Origin: Centroscyllium fabricii
Taxonomy: Eukaryota
Assembly: GCA_051313645.2 (NCBI GenBank)
Contig: JBNRSN020000009.1
Span: 184,016,001-184,080,000 of the forward strand
DNA length: 64,000 nucleotides
Direction of reading: 5' to 3'
The number at the start of each line of letters is the position of its first letter. The first letter of the stretch is position 1. This document shows positions 10,064-22,269 of this stretch, in pieces. Under the pieces are notes generated by a model that was given only the letters and a program-made list of their open reading frames with translations, was not told the DNA's origin and did no database searches. The position numbers and the translations under genes are program-made.

Positions 10064-10823
10064 GGGCCAGAAATTCTGGTTGGAGGCTTCCCGCGAGTGC
10101 AAGCCTCCATCCCACACTTACGGAGCACGCCTGCCGTTCTTGATTCAACCATCAAGAAATCCCGATCCAGGACCTTGCTGAGAGGGCCCCGCACCACGCT
10201 GATCCATCTCAGCGTCGGAGTTAGTGCGAAGCTTCCCGCGGGATCACGTGGTCCGCGGGGAGCCAATCGGAGCAAAGAATGCTCCATTCATAAGTTTGAC
10301 AGGAAGAGCTGTCAAACTTATGAATACTACAGCCCCAAAACCACACTAAATCTTAAAATAAATTTTAAAAAAACATCGCATTTTTTAAAATGACTGTCAA
10401 TGATACAAATGAGCTATTTTAAACAAAAATTTTAAATTTTGAAAAAAATATTTAAAGTATTTAACAGGCCTACAAATGAACTTATCTTTCCTTAAAGTTT
10501 AAAAAAATGAAAAACCTGTAGAAAAAAATGCTTAAATTGAATAAAATAAATACCTAATGAAATCCACTCCTTGCGCTTGAAAATATCAGCCGGAAATATT
10601 TCAAATACTTACCCTGATATAAACCTGTGAAACAATCAGTAGTACATTGTGCACCCCCTGCTGCGCAGGCCAACGCACTCCAGCTGCTGACCCCTTCAGT
10701 CAGGGGATCAGAATTGCCGGTTTCGCACGCATGCGCGGTGCATGCTGGAAACCGGAAATTCCGAGGGGCCCACGCGTGAGTACACCGTCCGTACTCGCGC
10801 GTTGGGCCCCTAATTTCTGGGCC
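10064..10823 (+). mobile_element. Harbinger-like MITE family A
   Basis: TIR GGGCCAGAAATT/AATTTCTGGGCC; 3-bp TSD AAT. Confidence 0.85.
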
Positions 10824-11064
10824 AATATGCTGCATGTCCCTGTTGTGAGGGCGACAGCAGCTGTTGCTGGTGCAGCTGAAACTCGGAATGCTAATTCTAG
10901 GTAAAGCAGTTGGAGAGAGAGAGAGGAATAGAGAGTTAGAGAGAGAGACAGAGAGATAGAGAAAGAGATAGAGAGATGGGAGCTCTTAGAGTGGTGTGGA
11001 GGACGCGAAAGCAAAGTGCTGTGGCAAAGTTTGATGCAGAGAAGGAATCATCGCGTAAAGTGAA

Positions 11065-11310
11065 TCTTACCTTGGCTGAGCAAGTCAGGTCATTAAACTT
11101 CTTTCTCCATTACGCGTCTGTCCTGGGGGGGTGAGGCTGATTGGGTTGACATGCTCAGCTACCTCCCTCCAGACCTGCTGCAGTGTTTGCCTCATTAATC
11201 TAGTTCCACTAGAGGGGAAGAGGATGTTCCTGCCATTCCTCACTTGCTCCAGGGCAGCATCTGAAACTCTTGCTTCCCTGTCATACGATACGAGGCCCAA
11301 CCATCAAAAT
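11065..11310 (-). pseudogene. Degraded Myb/SANT-like gene fragment of a Harbinger transposon
   Basis: SDAALEQV..RNILFP...WREVAEHVN; frameshifted KKFNDL motif followed by a GTAAG donor. Confidence 0.6.
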
Positions 11311-11385
11311 GTTTTGGGCCTCTCTCACTTTTGAACTGTTCATTTGAAAATCTGCCTGCGTGTGTAGAAAATGTTTTGACATAAT

Positions 11386-12140
11386 GGGCCAGAAATTAGG
11401 GTCGTAAGTCGTGAGTACGCGCTGGGTACTCAGGCGTGGGCCCATCGTAAGTGCCGGTTTCCGGCATGCACCATGCATGCGCGCAAAACCGGCACTTCTG
11501 ATCCCCTGAAAGAAGGGGTCAGGGATCGGAACGCGTGTGCGGCAGTGGAAGCGCAATGGACTTCCGATTTTTTTACAGCTCTTTATCCGGGTAAGTATTA
11601 GAAAAATATACATTTGCTCTTTTCAAGCGCAAAGACCCCTTTTCACCAGGTAAGTGGTAATTTAATTCAATTTAAGACATTTTTTCCACAGGTTTTTCAT
11701 TTTTAAATACTTTAAAGAAAGGTAAGTTGATTTTTAGCCCCGTTAAATACTTTAATTATTTTTTCAAAATTTTAAATTTTTGTTTAAAATAGCTAATTTG
11801 TGTAATTGATAGTTATTTTAAAAAATGTGATATAAAAAATAATTATTTTAAGATATGCTGAGGTTTTCGGGTTGTAGTATTCATAAGTTTGACAGGTCTT
11901 CCTGTCAAACTTATGAATGGAGCATTCTGTGCTCCGATTGGCTCTCCGCGGCCCACGTGAGCCCGCGCGATATCTCGCACTAACTACGCCGTTCAGATCC
12001 AGGAGCACAGCGCGCCGGCACTTCAGGAGGGCCCCGCATCGGGATTTCATGCGGGTGCAATGCTCAACGGCCGGCGCGGTCCGTAAGTGTGGGTTGGAGG
12101 CTTTCACCCGCGGGAAGCCTCCAACACGAATTTCTGGGCC
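11386..12140 (-). mobile_element. Harbinger-like MITE family A
   Basis: TIRs and internal homology to 1497-2831. Confidence 0.85.
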
Positions 12141-13380
12141 CTTATCTCAAACATTCCTTTTACTAGTTCTTTCTGAACACCTGCTCAGTTATCTTTAGAG
12201 TTTTGGTCAGCTCTCCGAACTTTATGACCGATTCCTGCTCGGTGTGTAAACAACCACGGCACGGTGGCACAGTGGTTAGCACTGTTGCCTCACAGTACTG
12301 GAGACCCGGGTTCAAATCCGGCCTCGGGTGACTATCTGTGTGGAGTTTGCACATTCTACCCGTGTCTGCGTGGGTTTCCTCCGGGTGCTCCGGTTTCCTC
12401 CCACAGTCCAAAGATGTGCGGGTTAGGTTGATTGGCCAGGATAAATTGACCCTTAGTGTTAGGTGGATTAAATATGTGGGGTTACGGGGATAGGGTGGGA
12501 TATGTGTAGGTGCAGGCTCAATAGGGATCGAGGGATATGGGGACAAGGCAGGGACAGGGTACTGGGTTTGGATGATCAGCCATGATCTTGTAGCGCCGGC
12601 AGGCCTAGGAAGCACACGTGAACCAGAGCTAGAGAAAACACAGCTTTATTACACTAAGTAAAACAAGAAAGAGAGTGAACCACTCGCAACGATCGTATTT
12701 AAACCGTCCCGTGGTTGGTGACGTCATCGCGTCGGCCGACGTGGTGACGTCGTCGCGTCACCCAGATGAGCGGGGCTTTGCTCCGCGGAGTCCCCGTGGC
12801 GGATTCAATGTCTCAGTGGGCATGCCGCCACACAGCTCCCCCCAGAATCCGTCCGGGAGGAATAGTGACAGTGTCTATGTGTGCCGTTGGGGTGGCCGGA
12901 TGATGCGGCTGGACCGTGTTGTTAGTTGCTCCTGGTTCTGCGGTGGAGTGTGTGCGGGTTTTGTTGCGGGAGGGCGACCACGTTGTGGTGGTTGTGCGGG
13001 GACCATTGTCTCACTCGTTATCACGTGTGCCGGCTTGAGCCGGTCTATTGTCACAGTGTCAGTCCTGTTGCCCATTTGTAACTCAAAAGCTTTAGTCCCC
13101 GCCCGAAGCACTCTGTAGGGGCCATCGTACGGTGGCTGTAGTGGAGATCGGTGTCCGTCGCGCCGGACGAACACGAATTTCGCATTTTTAATGTTGTCCG
13201 GCACCCGAGCTGCCGGCTCTCCATGCCGGGCCACTGGTAGTGGCTGGAAAGCTTGTGCTGGGTTGGCGAAGTCTTTTAAATACTGGTCGGCTGACCAGGG
13301 AGCGTTGGGCTCAGCCAGGAACTCGCCCAGCACCGTTAAAGTTTGGCCGTAGACGAGCTCCGCTGCCGAGGTGTTGAGGT

Positions 13381-13996
13381 ACATAGATACATAGATACAT
13401 AGATGATAGGAGCAGGAGTAGGCCATTCGGCCCTTCGAGCCTGCTCCGCCATTCAATGAGATCATGGCTGATCCTTCAGTTCAGTATCCCGTCCCTGCCT
13501 TCTCTCCGTAACCTTTAACCCCTTTTGCCTGCAGAAATATATCTAATTCCCTCTTAAATATGTTTAATGAGCTGGCGTCCACTGCCCTCTGTGGCAGTGA
13601 GTTCCACAGGTTCACCACTCTCTGGGTGAAGAAATTCCTCCTCATCTCTGTCCTAAATGGTTTAGCCCTTATCCTTAAACTGTGTCCCCTAGTTCTATAC
13701 TCTCCTGCCATCGGAAACATTCCTTCTGCATCTAGTCTGTCCAGGCCTGTCAGAATTTTATATGTTTCTATGAGATCCCCTCTCAATCTTCTAAACTCCA
13801 GTGTGTACATCCCCAAACTACATAGTCTCTCCTCATAGGTCATTCCTGCCATTCCTGGTATCAGCCTGGTGAATCGCCGCTGCACTCCTTCCATGGCAAG
13901 AACATCCTTCCTCAGATGAGGCGACCAAAACTGCACACAGTACTCGAGGTGTGGTCTCACCAGTGCCCTGTACAGCTGTAGTAAGGTGTCCTTGTT
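13381..13996 (-). mobile_element. 5'-truncated CR1 inserted in the integrase gene
   Basis: CR1 ORF2 C-terminus plus (ATCTATGT)n tail. Confidence 0.9.
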
Positions 13997-14776
13997 CCGC
14001 AGCCCGAGGAGCACCCATGGAAGGCGGTCGGTCCACGATGCGTCTTTAAGTGTGGCTCGTAGTGATGCCTTCATGGAGCGGTGGAACCGTTCGCATAGGC
14101 CGTTCGCCTGTGGGTGGTATGCGGTGGTTTGGTGTAGTGTCACCCCGAGGTCGCGGGCGATGGCCGCCCATAATGCCGACGTAAATTGGGGTCCTCTGTC
14201 GGAGGTGATGTCGGTGGGCACGCCGAAGCGGGCGACCCAGGTGGCGATGAACGCCCTGGCCAAGTCCGTGGTGCCGGTGGCGGTGAGGGGGACTGCTTCT
14301 GGCCAGCAAGTGTTGCGGTCGACCATGGTCATTAGGTGCGTGTGGCCCCGGGATGGCGGTAGTGGCCCGACGAGATCGATGTGGACATGGTCAAAACGTC
14401 TGGCCGGCACTTTAAAATTTTCCAGCGGTGCCCTGATGTGCTTATGCACTTTGGAGCGCTGGCAGGCTATGCAGGAGCTGGCCCAGGCGCGGACGTCCTT
14501 GCGCAGGCCGCGCCATACGAATCGGGCCGATATTAATTTAATGGACGCGCGGGCGCCGGGGTGGGACAGATCATGGAGGGTCCTAAATATGTGTCGCCTC
14601 CAAGCGTGGGGTACGACTGGCCTGGGTTGCGGCAAGGATACGTCGCAGCAGACGACGGTGGCTGCAGGGCCGTGCGCGATATTGGCCAAGTGGAGGCCGG
14701 GGAGATTAGTTGCTGCGTTGAGTAGGTCGGGGTCGGCCAGCTGGTCAGCGGCCAGCTGGGCGTAATCGACCGCCAT
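13481..14776 (-). pseudogene. Chimeric integrase-CR1 ORF, 431 aa
   Basis: Integrase to ...LPWVLLGLR, then in-frame NKDTLLQLYRALVRPHLEY of CR1. Confidence 0.75.
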
Positions 14777-15626
14777 TTGGGCGGCGTTAATGGTGGGGCT
14801 GGTTTCTTGGGTTTACCATGCTTTCTTAAAAAAGTTCTTTGGCTGGTGGTCCCAGATCCTGCGGCAGCTTTTTCTTCACTGGAAGTCGTTCCAGTTCGGG
14901 GTCACCACTGTAGCGCCGGCAGGCCTAGGAACCACACGTGAGCCAGAGCTAGAGAAAACACAGCTTTATTACACTAAGTAAAACAAGAAAGAGAGTGAAC
15001 CACTCGCAACGATCGTATTTAAACCGTCCCGCGGTTGGTGACGTCATCGCTTCGGCCGACGTGGTGACGTCATCGCATCACCCGGATGAGCGGGGCTTTG
15101 CTCCGTGGAGTCCCCATGGCAGATTCGATGTCTCAGTGGGCGTGCCGCCACAATCTCATTGAATGGCGGAGCAGGCTCGAAGGGCCGAATGGCCTACGGC
15201 TGCTCCTAGTTTCTATGTTGCTAACCACTATGCCATTCCCCCCAACTGCTCACTCCCCCGCCCCCTCACCTCCAAACAAAATCTGGTGAGGTTTCACTAT
15301 AGTAAAGTGTTATATAAAATAAATTGTCTTGTAGGGTAAAAGATAATCTATGCAATGGGGGTGGGGGGTGGAGGGATAAACAGCCTTTTGCAAATAAAAT
15401 AGGAGCCTGAGTTTTAAGGCCCGATTCTGAAAATCATTTACATCCAAGAAATAATGCATTGTTAATTCAGTTGGATCCAATCCTAATAGCAAAATTATTC
15501 AGCCCTTGGCTAGTAGCATTCCCATCTCTAGCCAAATGGTTTAAGATTCAAGTGCACTCCAAAATTTAAGCACATAATCTGGACTGACACTTGAATGCAA
15601 TATTCAGGAAGTGCTGCATTATATGT

Positions 15627-16187
15627 GACAAAGCCTTTCCACCATCTACAAGGCACAAGTAAGGAGTGTGATGGAATACTCTCCACTTGCCTGGATGAGT
15701 GCAGCTCCAACAACACTCAAGAAACTCGACATCATCCAAGACAAAACAGCCCGCTTGATTGGCACTCCATCCACCACCTTAATCATTCACTCCCTCCACC
15801 ACCGGCGTACCGTGGCTGCAGTGTGTACCATCTACAGGACGCACTGCAGAAACTCGCCAAGGCTTCTTCGGCAGCACCTTCCAAACCCACAACCTCTTCT
15901 ACCTAGAAGGACAAGGGCTGCAAGCACATGGGAGCGCCACCACCTCCAAGTTCCCCTCCAAGTCACACACCATCCTGACTTAGAAGCATATCGCCGATCC
16001 TTCATCGTTGCTGGGTCAAAATCCTGGAACTCCCTCCATAACAGCACTGTGGGAGTACCTTCACCACATGGACTGCAGTGGTTCAAGAAGGCGGCTCACC
16101 ACCACCTTCTCGAGGGCAACTAGGGATGGGCAATAAATGCTGGCCTTGCCAGCGACGCCCACATCCTATAAGTGAATTAAAAAAAAC
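15627..16187 (+). mobile_element. CR1/L2-group LINE 3' fragment (second family)
   Basis: YKAQVRSVMEYSPLAW...SLHHRR...WNSL...FKKAAHHHL; stem-loop tail and A-rich end. Confidence 0.8.
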
Positions 16188-16430
16188 ACAGATTTCGGAG
16201 AAATGTAATAAGTCGCCATATGAATGCATGTCTCCTTTTTATTTTCAACTAATAAAATGTGATGTCCAAAAGGAGGTCCTTTTGAGAGGCGACGCAGTCA
16301 AACTCAAATTATTCTCTCCTATGAGGTTAAGAAAAAAGGCAACTTAACCGACAAGTGATTCCATTGTAATTCAGTCCTCTGGTTTCTGTGCTATTCCTTC
16401 AGAAATATTTTCATTATAACCCTTAGATCC

Positions 16431-16718
16431 TGATACCTTATCAATAACCTCGGAGACGAGAAGTTACGGAGTGAATAAAAGGCTTTTATTCGCTTAGACA
16501 TGGGCATGCCCCAGCTAGTCGACTGCTCCCGGAATGATCGGGGGGAGGGAGACAGTCACCTTTATACCTGGTCCAGGAGGAGGAGCCACAGGCGGGGTGA
16601 GCACGGGCATGCCCAGAGAAGCTATACATGAAGAACTATATACACACAGAGAGGGTCATACATACAATGCCAACGGGTACAGATATGGTACAGATATATA
16701 ATACAGTGGTTGCCCACA
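16431..16718 (-). mobile_element. Solo LTR related to the PBS-less Gypsy lineage
   Basis: TG...CA ends, 5-bp TSD GATCC, TATAAA and AATAAAAGCC on minus; homologous to 50994-51260. Confidence 0.85.
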
Positions 16719-17160
16719 GATCCTTTTTAATTTTCACTGTGCATCTGGCACATCCTAAATTGTATTACTCCACAGCTGCCTTCGTATCCCACTATTCTCT
16801 CGAGTCAAGTTGTGTCAAGCAAACCATTTTCTATTTAGGTCCACAGTGTTAACCAGATATGGTTAACTAAATGATATTGTTCTAATGGGATTCTGAATCA
16901 GGAGTAATTCCAATCCCCTCCGTGACATTAGTGCAGGGTTTCCCCAATTATGAAAATGTGCAGTAATTTAATGTGTGAAGTACTAGAAGGCGTTGATTAC
17001 AAATCTGAAATGGAAATGTTGCTGTCAGCGGGCCATTTAACTTCGTGATCACAAGAGCACAGCAAAAGGGTTAAAAAAAAACTGGCAATTGCCAAGACTT
17101 CAGTGTCGTACTTCTTTTATCAAAGAGCATTGGAGTTGTAGGATTGAGTTCTTTTGGAAC

Positions 17161-17961
17161 TAGAAACATAGAAACATAGAAGATCGGAGCAGGAGCAGGC
17201 CATTCGGCCCTTTCGAGCCTGCTCCGCCATTCAATGAGATCATGGCTGATCTTCCAAACCCAGTACCTTGTCCCCATATCGCTCGATCCCTATCGAACCT
17301 GCACCGACACATATCCCACCCCACATATTCAATCCCCCTAACACTAAGGGTCAATTTATCATGGCCAATCAACCTAACTTGGGCGGCATGGTGGCACAGT
17401 GGTTAGCACTGTTGTCTCACAGCACTGGAGACCCGGGTTCAAATCCAGCCTCGGGTACTATCTGTGTGAAGATTGCACATTCTCCCCGTGTCTGCGTGGG
17501 TTTCCTCCGGGTGCTCCGGTTTCCTCCCACAGTCCAAAGATGTGCGGGTTAGGTTGATTGGCCAGGATAAATTGACCCTTCGTGTTAGGGGGATTGAATA
17601 TGTGGGGTTACGGGGATAGGGTGGGATATGTGTTGATGCAGGCTCGATAGGGATTGAGGGATATGGGGAGAGGGCAGGGGCGGGGTACTGGGTTTGGATG
17701 ATCAGCCATGATCTCATTGAATGGCGGAGCAGGCTCGAAGGGCCGAATGGCCTACTCCTGCTCCTAGTTTCTATGTTCTATGTCTATGTTTAACCCGCAC
17801 ATCTTTGGACTGTGGGAGGAAACCGGAGCACCCGGAGGAAACCCACGCAGACACGGGGAGAATGTGCAAACTCCACACAGGTAGTACCCGAGGCTGGATT
17901 TGAACCCGGGTCTCCAGTGCTGTGAGACAACAGTGCTAACCACTATGCCACCGTGCCGCCC
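17161..17961 (-). mobile_element. HE1-type V-SINE interrupted by an antisense copy
   Basis: Halves 17161-17378 and 17790-17961 join at CAACCTAAC|CCGCAC. Confidence 0.85.
17381..17789 (+). mobile_element. HE1-type V-SINE (nested)
   Basis: Full-length head-to-tail copy. Confidence 0.9.
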
Positions 17962-18207
17962 AGTTTGCATATGTTGATTATTTCTTTTGAAAAGAGAAGA
18001 TGAATGAATATTTGGCCATGAAAGGGGTCAAAGGTTAGGGGTAGGAGCATAAAATAAAACTGAACAAATACTCCAAAACAAGATGACTCCAGTCGAGTTC
18101 TGACCATACCATCTGTGCAATGTTGGACTTACATTTTGCAGTTTTGTCATTTCATGGCCCATAAGTCATGGAGAAATCTTAGGTTTATCTCATGTTAATA
18201 GTGTTAC

Positions 18208-18239
18208 CTGTGGTTGTTTACTGCCAAGTCATTAAAAGA
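18208..18239 (-). CDS. Putative host micro-exon SFNDLAVNNH(R)
   Basis: tttctcgtgttcag acceptor, AG|gtaac donor; phases 0/2 link the flanking exons. Confidence 0.4.
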
Positions 18240-18793
18240 CTGAACACGAGAAATGTTAGGTGAAGTCCTCAGCATGGTGGAGTAGTTCATTCCAGGGCGT
18301 CAGGAGCCTGTGGTGCTGGAAATCATGAAAGCACTTGGACTCACTGGGGGGGTCAACAGCACCCACCACAGAAATTTTCAGACCATGATGTTTTTTTAAA
18401 TTCCTTAGTAGATTTTAAAGGGAAAGATATTTTCCAATGTGATCTCCCAGTATGGAGCCTTGCCTGCCAGGAAAACAGACTGAATCCCCACAATCTCCTG
18501 TCCTGGTAGATGCTGAGAGCATGTATTCATATTAAGCATTTATTGTCAGACCATAAATCAAAAAGAATGTTCACGATTAAGATTGCCAACTTCCAGATTG
18601 AGGGGGATACGGGGGGAAGGAACAAAAAAGAAAGAGAAAAGAATGTCACTTTCCTCAGGAGACTCACTAAATTAGGGAGAGTACATGACTATTTATTGGG
18701 ATAAATGTTTTTCTTTATTTCATCTGAATTGGCAGTGGTGTAATAGTTCTCAGCTGGAGGAGAATTAGCTGGAGTTCCCGTTCATAGAAGCAG

Positions 18794-19524
18794 GGGCGAA
18801 AAATTCGGCGGCGCTAACCTCGGCGGTACGCTACCTTTAGCGCCCGGCTAACGCTGGCACCATTCCTCGTGATATTCGGTTGCAGCGCCCAAAGTAGGAG
18901 GTCGGGCGCTACTGCAGGCGTCCGGCCTCGTTCTTTAGGCACTACGACCGAATTTCCGGTGCTGTGGGCTGAAGCACCATGCTACACAGAGCGCCGCAGT
19001 AATGCAGGCCTTCCTCCCCTGATTAAAGGGGTGGGGCCTAGCGCGACTCGGGCCGAAGCCCCGCGGGGCCGCCATGGGACGCAATGCCGCCGAAGGAGCT
19101 CGGCACTCGAGGGAAGTACCGGGCTGACGGAGCAAAGGTGGCACACCGCGGGGGAGCATCGGGGAAGACCGGTGACGGCAGAAGGGGAAGGTGCTGGCAG
19201 TCGGCCAGCAACAAAAAATGGCCGCCCGGCTCCCTTCCCTTTAAGTAGCGCTCCACTGCTGCAAGTACGACAGCCTGAAGCTGTCGTGGGCAGCGTCAGG
19301 CGGTACGTCAGCGAGCGCGACTCAGTTTTGCGTCCTGGGCGCGAGCGGGTAGCTGCGCGCCTTGATGACGTCATCCCCAGCGGCATGGGGCTGCGGGGCA
19401 CTACCGGCTACCACACACGCCAGCGCCCCACTGAATATCGTGGGAGGTGCCAGGCCAGGCATGCACCCCATTAGCGGCCCTCTTAGGGCGCTAATGACTG
19501 GCGCAAGCCACCGAATTTCTCCCC
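18794..19524. mobile_element. GC-rich Harbinger-like MITE
   Basis: TIR GGGCGAAAAATTCGG...CCGAATTTCTCCCC. Confidence 0.7.
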
Positions 19525-19528
19525 CATT

Positions 19529-19700
19529 GAGTCATAGAGTTATACAGCACTGAAAGAGGCCCTTCGGCCCATCATGTCCACGCCGGCCATCAAGCCCTGT
19601 CTATTCTAATCCCATTTTCCTGCACTTGGTCCGTAGCCTTGTATGCTACGGCATTTCAAGTGCTCATCTAAATGCTTCTTGAATGTTGTGAGGGTTCACG
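19529..19700 (-). mobile_element. CR1 3' end fragment
   Basis: GGCCCTTCGGCCC stem motif and CR1-like ORF end. Confidence 0.6.
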
Positions 19701-20209
19701 ATCTATTGACCTCTATGAAAAGTAAATGTTTGCATGCCATGAGAGAGGGCAGGATCTGGGTCAGCTAGGTGGAGCCCTCCTGTTGAATAGCCATCCAACG
19801 TTCACTCTCCAAGTTCATAAGTTAAGAATGACCATATGGGGGAGTTACTGAAGACTACCATCACCTGTGGAATCCTCAATCCGAGCGTAGGAAGAACAAT
19901 TAAGAATAACTTTAAAAAGTATAATCAAGATCTGTGGCTGGGAGTGATATCTCCCCATGATTCCTACAATGAACAAGGTTACTACGAACCAGAGCAAAAG
20001 CCCACCCCAGATATTTTAATGGTAGTATTGAACATTGTCCTTTGCGCTGTTGCTACACCAACGCAAGCTGATTCACTACTCTTTCACTCAGTCATTTTTG
20101 TTCTATTTCCCAATTAACTGAAGACCTATCTATTCGTTGCTGTTTGCATTGACTATTTTTCAGATAAAAGATCAAATAGTTTTAGTATAAAATCTGCTTT
20201 AAAAATATT

Positions 20210-21471
20210 GGGGTAAAATTGTGTTGCTTTGCGCCGCCCATTAGCGCCCAGGGCGCAAAGCCCCTAGCACCCGGGTACTGCACCGCTAACGCCTCCCGCG
20301 AAATTCAGCGGGAGGTTAGCAGCGGCAGTGGTAGCTGCTGACGCCCCGCGGCGCTATGCCTCTGGCGATGTCGTCATTGCCATGCGCAGTGCCCCGCTCG
20401 TGCCCCAGCCGCAAACCTCACCTGCTGCTCCCTGACCTATCGCCGGACAATATGTCCAACAGGGTCAAGGTGGCGTTTGTGCAGCCCCGGTGGCGGTATT
20501 TAAAGGGGCAGGTGTCGGGCAGCCATTTTGTTTTCTGGCCACCTGTCAGCACCTTCCCCTTTCCCCTCTTTCTTTCGGGGTGCTGGCCACAATTGCGCAG
20601 CCCGGCACTCCTCTTGAGTACCAGGCTGCTTTCCAGGCACCCTGCTCCCGGTGGTCCAGCAGAGCTCCGGTGAGCGCAGCGCTAGGCCCCTCCCCTTTAA
20701 TCAGGGGAGGGAGGCCTGCAATAGCGTGGCGCTACGTGCCGAAACATAAGAACATAAGAACATAAGAAATAGGAGCAGGAGTAGGCCAATCGGCCCTTCG
20801 AGCCTGCTCCGCCATTCAACAAGATCATGGCTGATCTGATCCTAACCTCAATTTTATTTCTACTCTCCATCCCGCCCAAACCCATGTGATCACCTGGGAG
20901 AGGCGAAAAACCAGATTTTAAAAAACCAGTAGCCAATTTGGGAGAAAAAATCAGGAAAATTCCTCTCCGACCCATCTAGGCGATCGAAAACTGGTCCAGG
21001 AGATCACATGGCCGATCTGAACCTAGCCTCACGTCCACTTACCTGCCCGCTCACCATAACCCCTAATTCCCTTTAATTCCAGGAAACTGTCTATCTCAGT
21101 TTTAAATTTATTCAACATAGTAGCTTCCACAGCTCTCTGGGGCAGCAAATTCCACAGCCCCACCACCCTCTGAGTAAAGAAGTTCCCCTCATCTCAGTTT
21201 TGAAATGGCAGCCCCTTATTTTAAGATTATGCCCCCTAGTCCTAGTCTCACCCACCATTGGGAACATCCTCACCGCATCCACCTGATGTGGCGTTGTTGC
21301 ATGTATTGCCCTGCTATCCAGTGGTAGCACCCCAGGAAGAAGGGGGAGTGCTTCCGGTAGCGCCTCGCCTCCTGCTTGGGACTTTACCACTGAACCTATG
21401 GTGCAGGGGTGCTAACTTTTTCGGGGTGCTAAAGTTAGCGCCCCAAAGGGGGCGCCACCAAATGTTTCCCC
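20210..21471. mobile_element. GC-rich Harbinger-like MITE containing a CR1
   Basis: TIR GGGGTAAAATT...AATGTTTCCCC; TSD ATT; homologous to 47455-48164. Confidence 0.7.
20743..21283 (-). mobile_element. 5'-truncated CR1 with extended structured 3' UTR
   Basis: (AACATAAG)n tail; ORF2 end VDAVRMFPMVGETRTRGH. Confidence 0.88.
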
Positions 21472-21807
21472 ATTGTATTTTACAAGATTTGTTTTATACG
21501 AGATACAGAATACCCAGCAGGAATTACGAGTACTTCCACTCCAATCAGTTTAAATGTGGCTGCCTCTGCATATATTTATTCATTATTCAACAAAATGAAT
21601 AAAGATAGAAATGGTGCAAACACTACATTATGGTAAATATAGCTGTCCAAAAAGGAAACAAAAAATGTCTGGGAGCAAAATACAGTTTTTAGGTCTGAGG
21701 AATTATCTGTCAGTAAGTATTCCTGATATATACATTAAATAGTCAGAGAAACAAATTATTCACTGCAAACTCAATAAATTGTCTGTATTTTCATGCTGAA
21801 TGTTTAC

Positions 21808-21901
21808 TGCCTGATAAATAGTTTCGCCTGGATTTTCATTTTGAACGAGCCGAGGAACGGGTTCATTAGGAGAGCGTACAATAGTAACAGGGGTGACTTT
21901 C
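21808..21901 (-). CDS. Putative host exon (R)KVTPVTIVRSPNEPVPRLVQNENPGETIYQA
   Basis: ccttcccctcattcag acceptor, gtaaac donor, open frame, phases 2/0. Confidence 0.45.
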
Positions 21902-21922
21902 CTGAATGAGGGGAAGGTAATA

Positions 21923-22269
21923 CAGGTTGAGCACCGTTAATCCGGCACCCTCGGGACCAGGCCGGTGCCGGACCGCTGAAAATTCCGAGCCACTGAAGGT
22001 TCGGGGGGAGCGCGCAGTAGAACACTCCCCGGGGCCCGGAGCGCGCAGGTAGAACACTCCCCGGGAGGGAGCCCGGGGATAGAACACTTACAAAACATAA
22101 AAAAACAGAAACGCAAACGCCCGATGCCTTCGGTGCTCGCTCACCCTTCCCGGGAAACGGTGGCACTGCCGAGCGGCTGCTCCGCAAAATGAAGAGCGCC
22201 AGTTTCCAATTGTGCTGGACCACTGAAGCTGCCGGACCATCGGGTACCGGTTTACCAGTGCTCAACCTG
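21923..22269. mobile_element. Tc1/mariner (Tigger/pogo-like) MITE
   Basis: TIR CAGGTTGAGCAC; TA TSD. Confidence 0.85.

Larger units (their letters stand above)
12589..15152 (-). mobile_element. Internally deleted CsRn1-like Gypsy element (integrase only)
   Basis: 244-bp LTRs 12589-12832 and 14909-15152; 4-bp TSD ATCT; PBS TGGTGACCCCG (tRNA-Trp type); PPT TGGGGGGAG; IN motifs HHCC, IDLVGP, SDRG, ERFH and GPY. Confidence 0.9.
12256..15218 (+). mobile_element. HE1-type V-SINE split by LTR element (12256-12588 and 15153-15218)
   Basis: SINE tail CATGATCT|CATTGAATGG resumes after the insertion. Confidence 0.85.

Noticed and set aside
18869-19474. Long GC-rich ORFs (also 48915-49862, 61678-62340, 6523-7239)
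   Set aside because: Stop-poor frames inside GC-rich MITEs, tandem repeats or antisense to pol
19836-20117. 93-aa ORF in unique sequence
   Set aside because: No recognisable motif or convincing splice context
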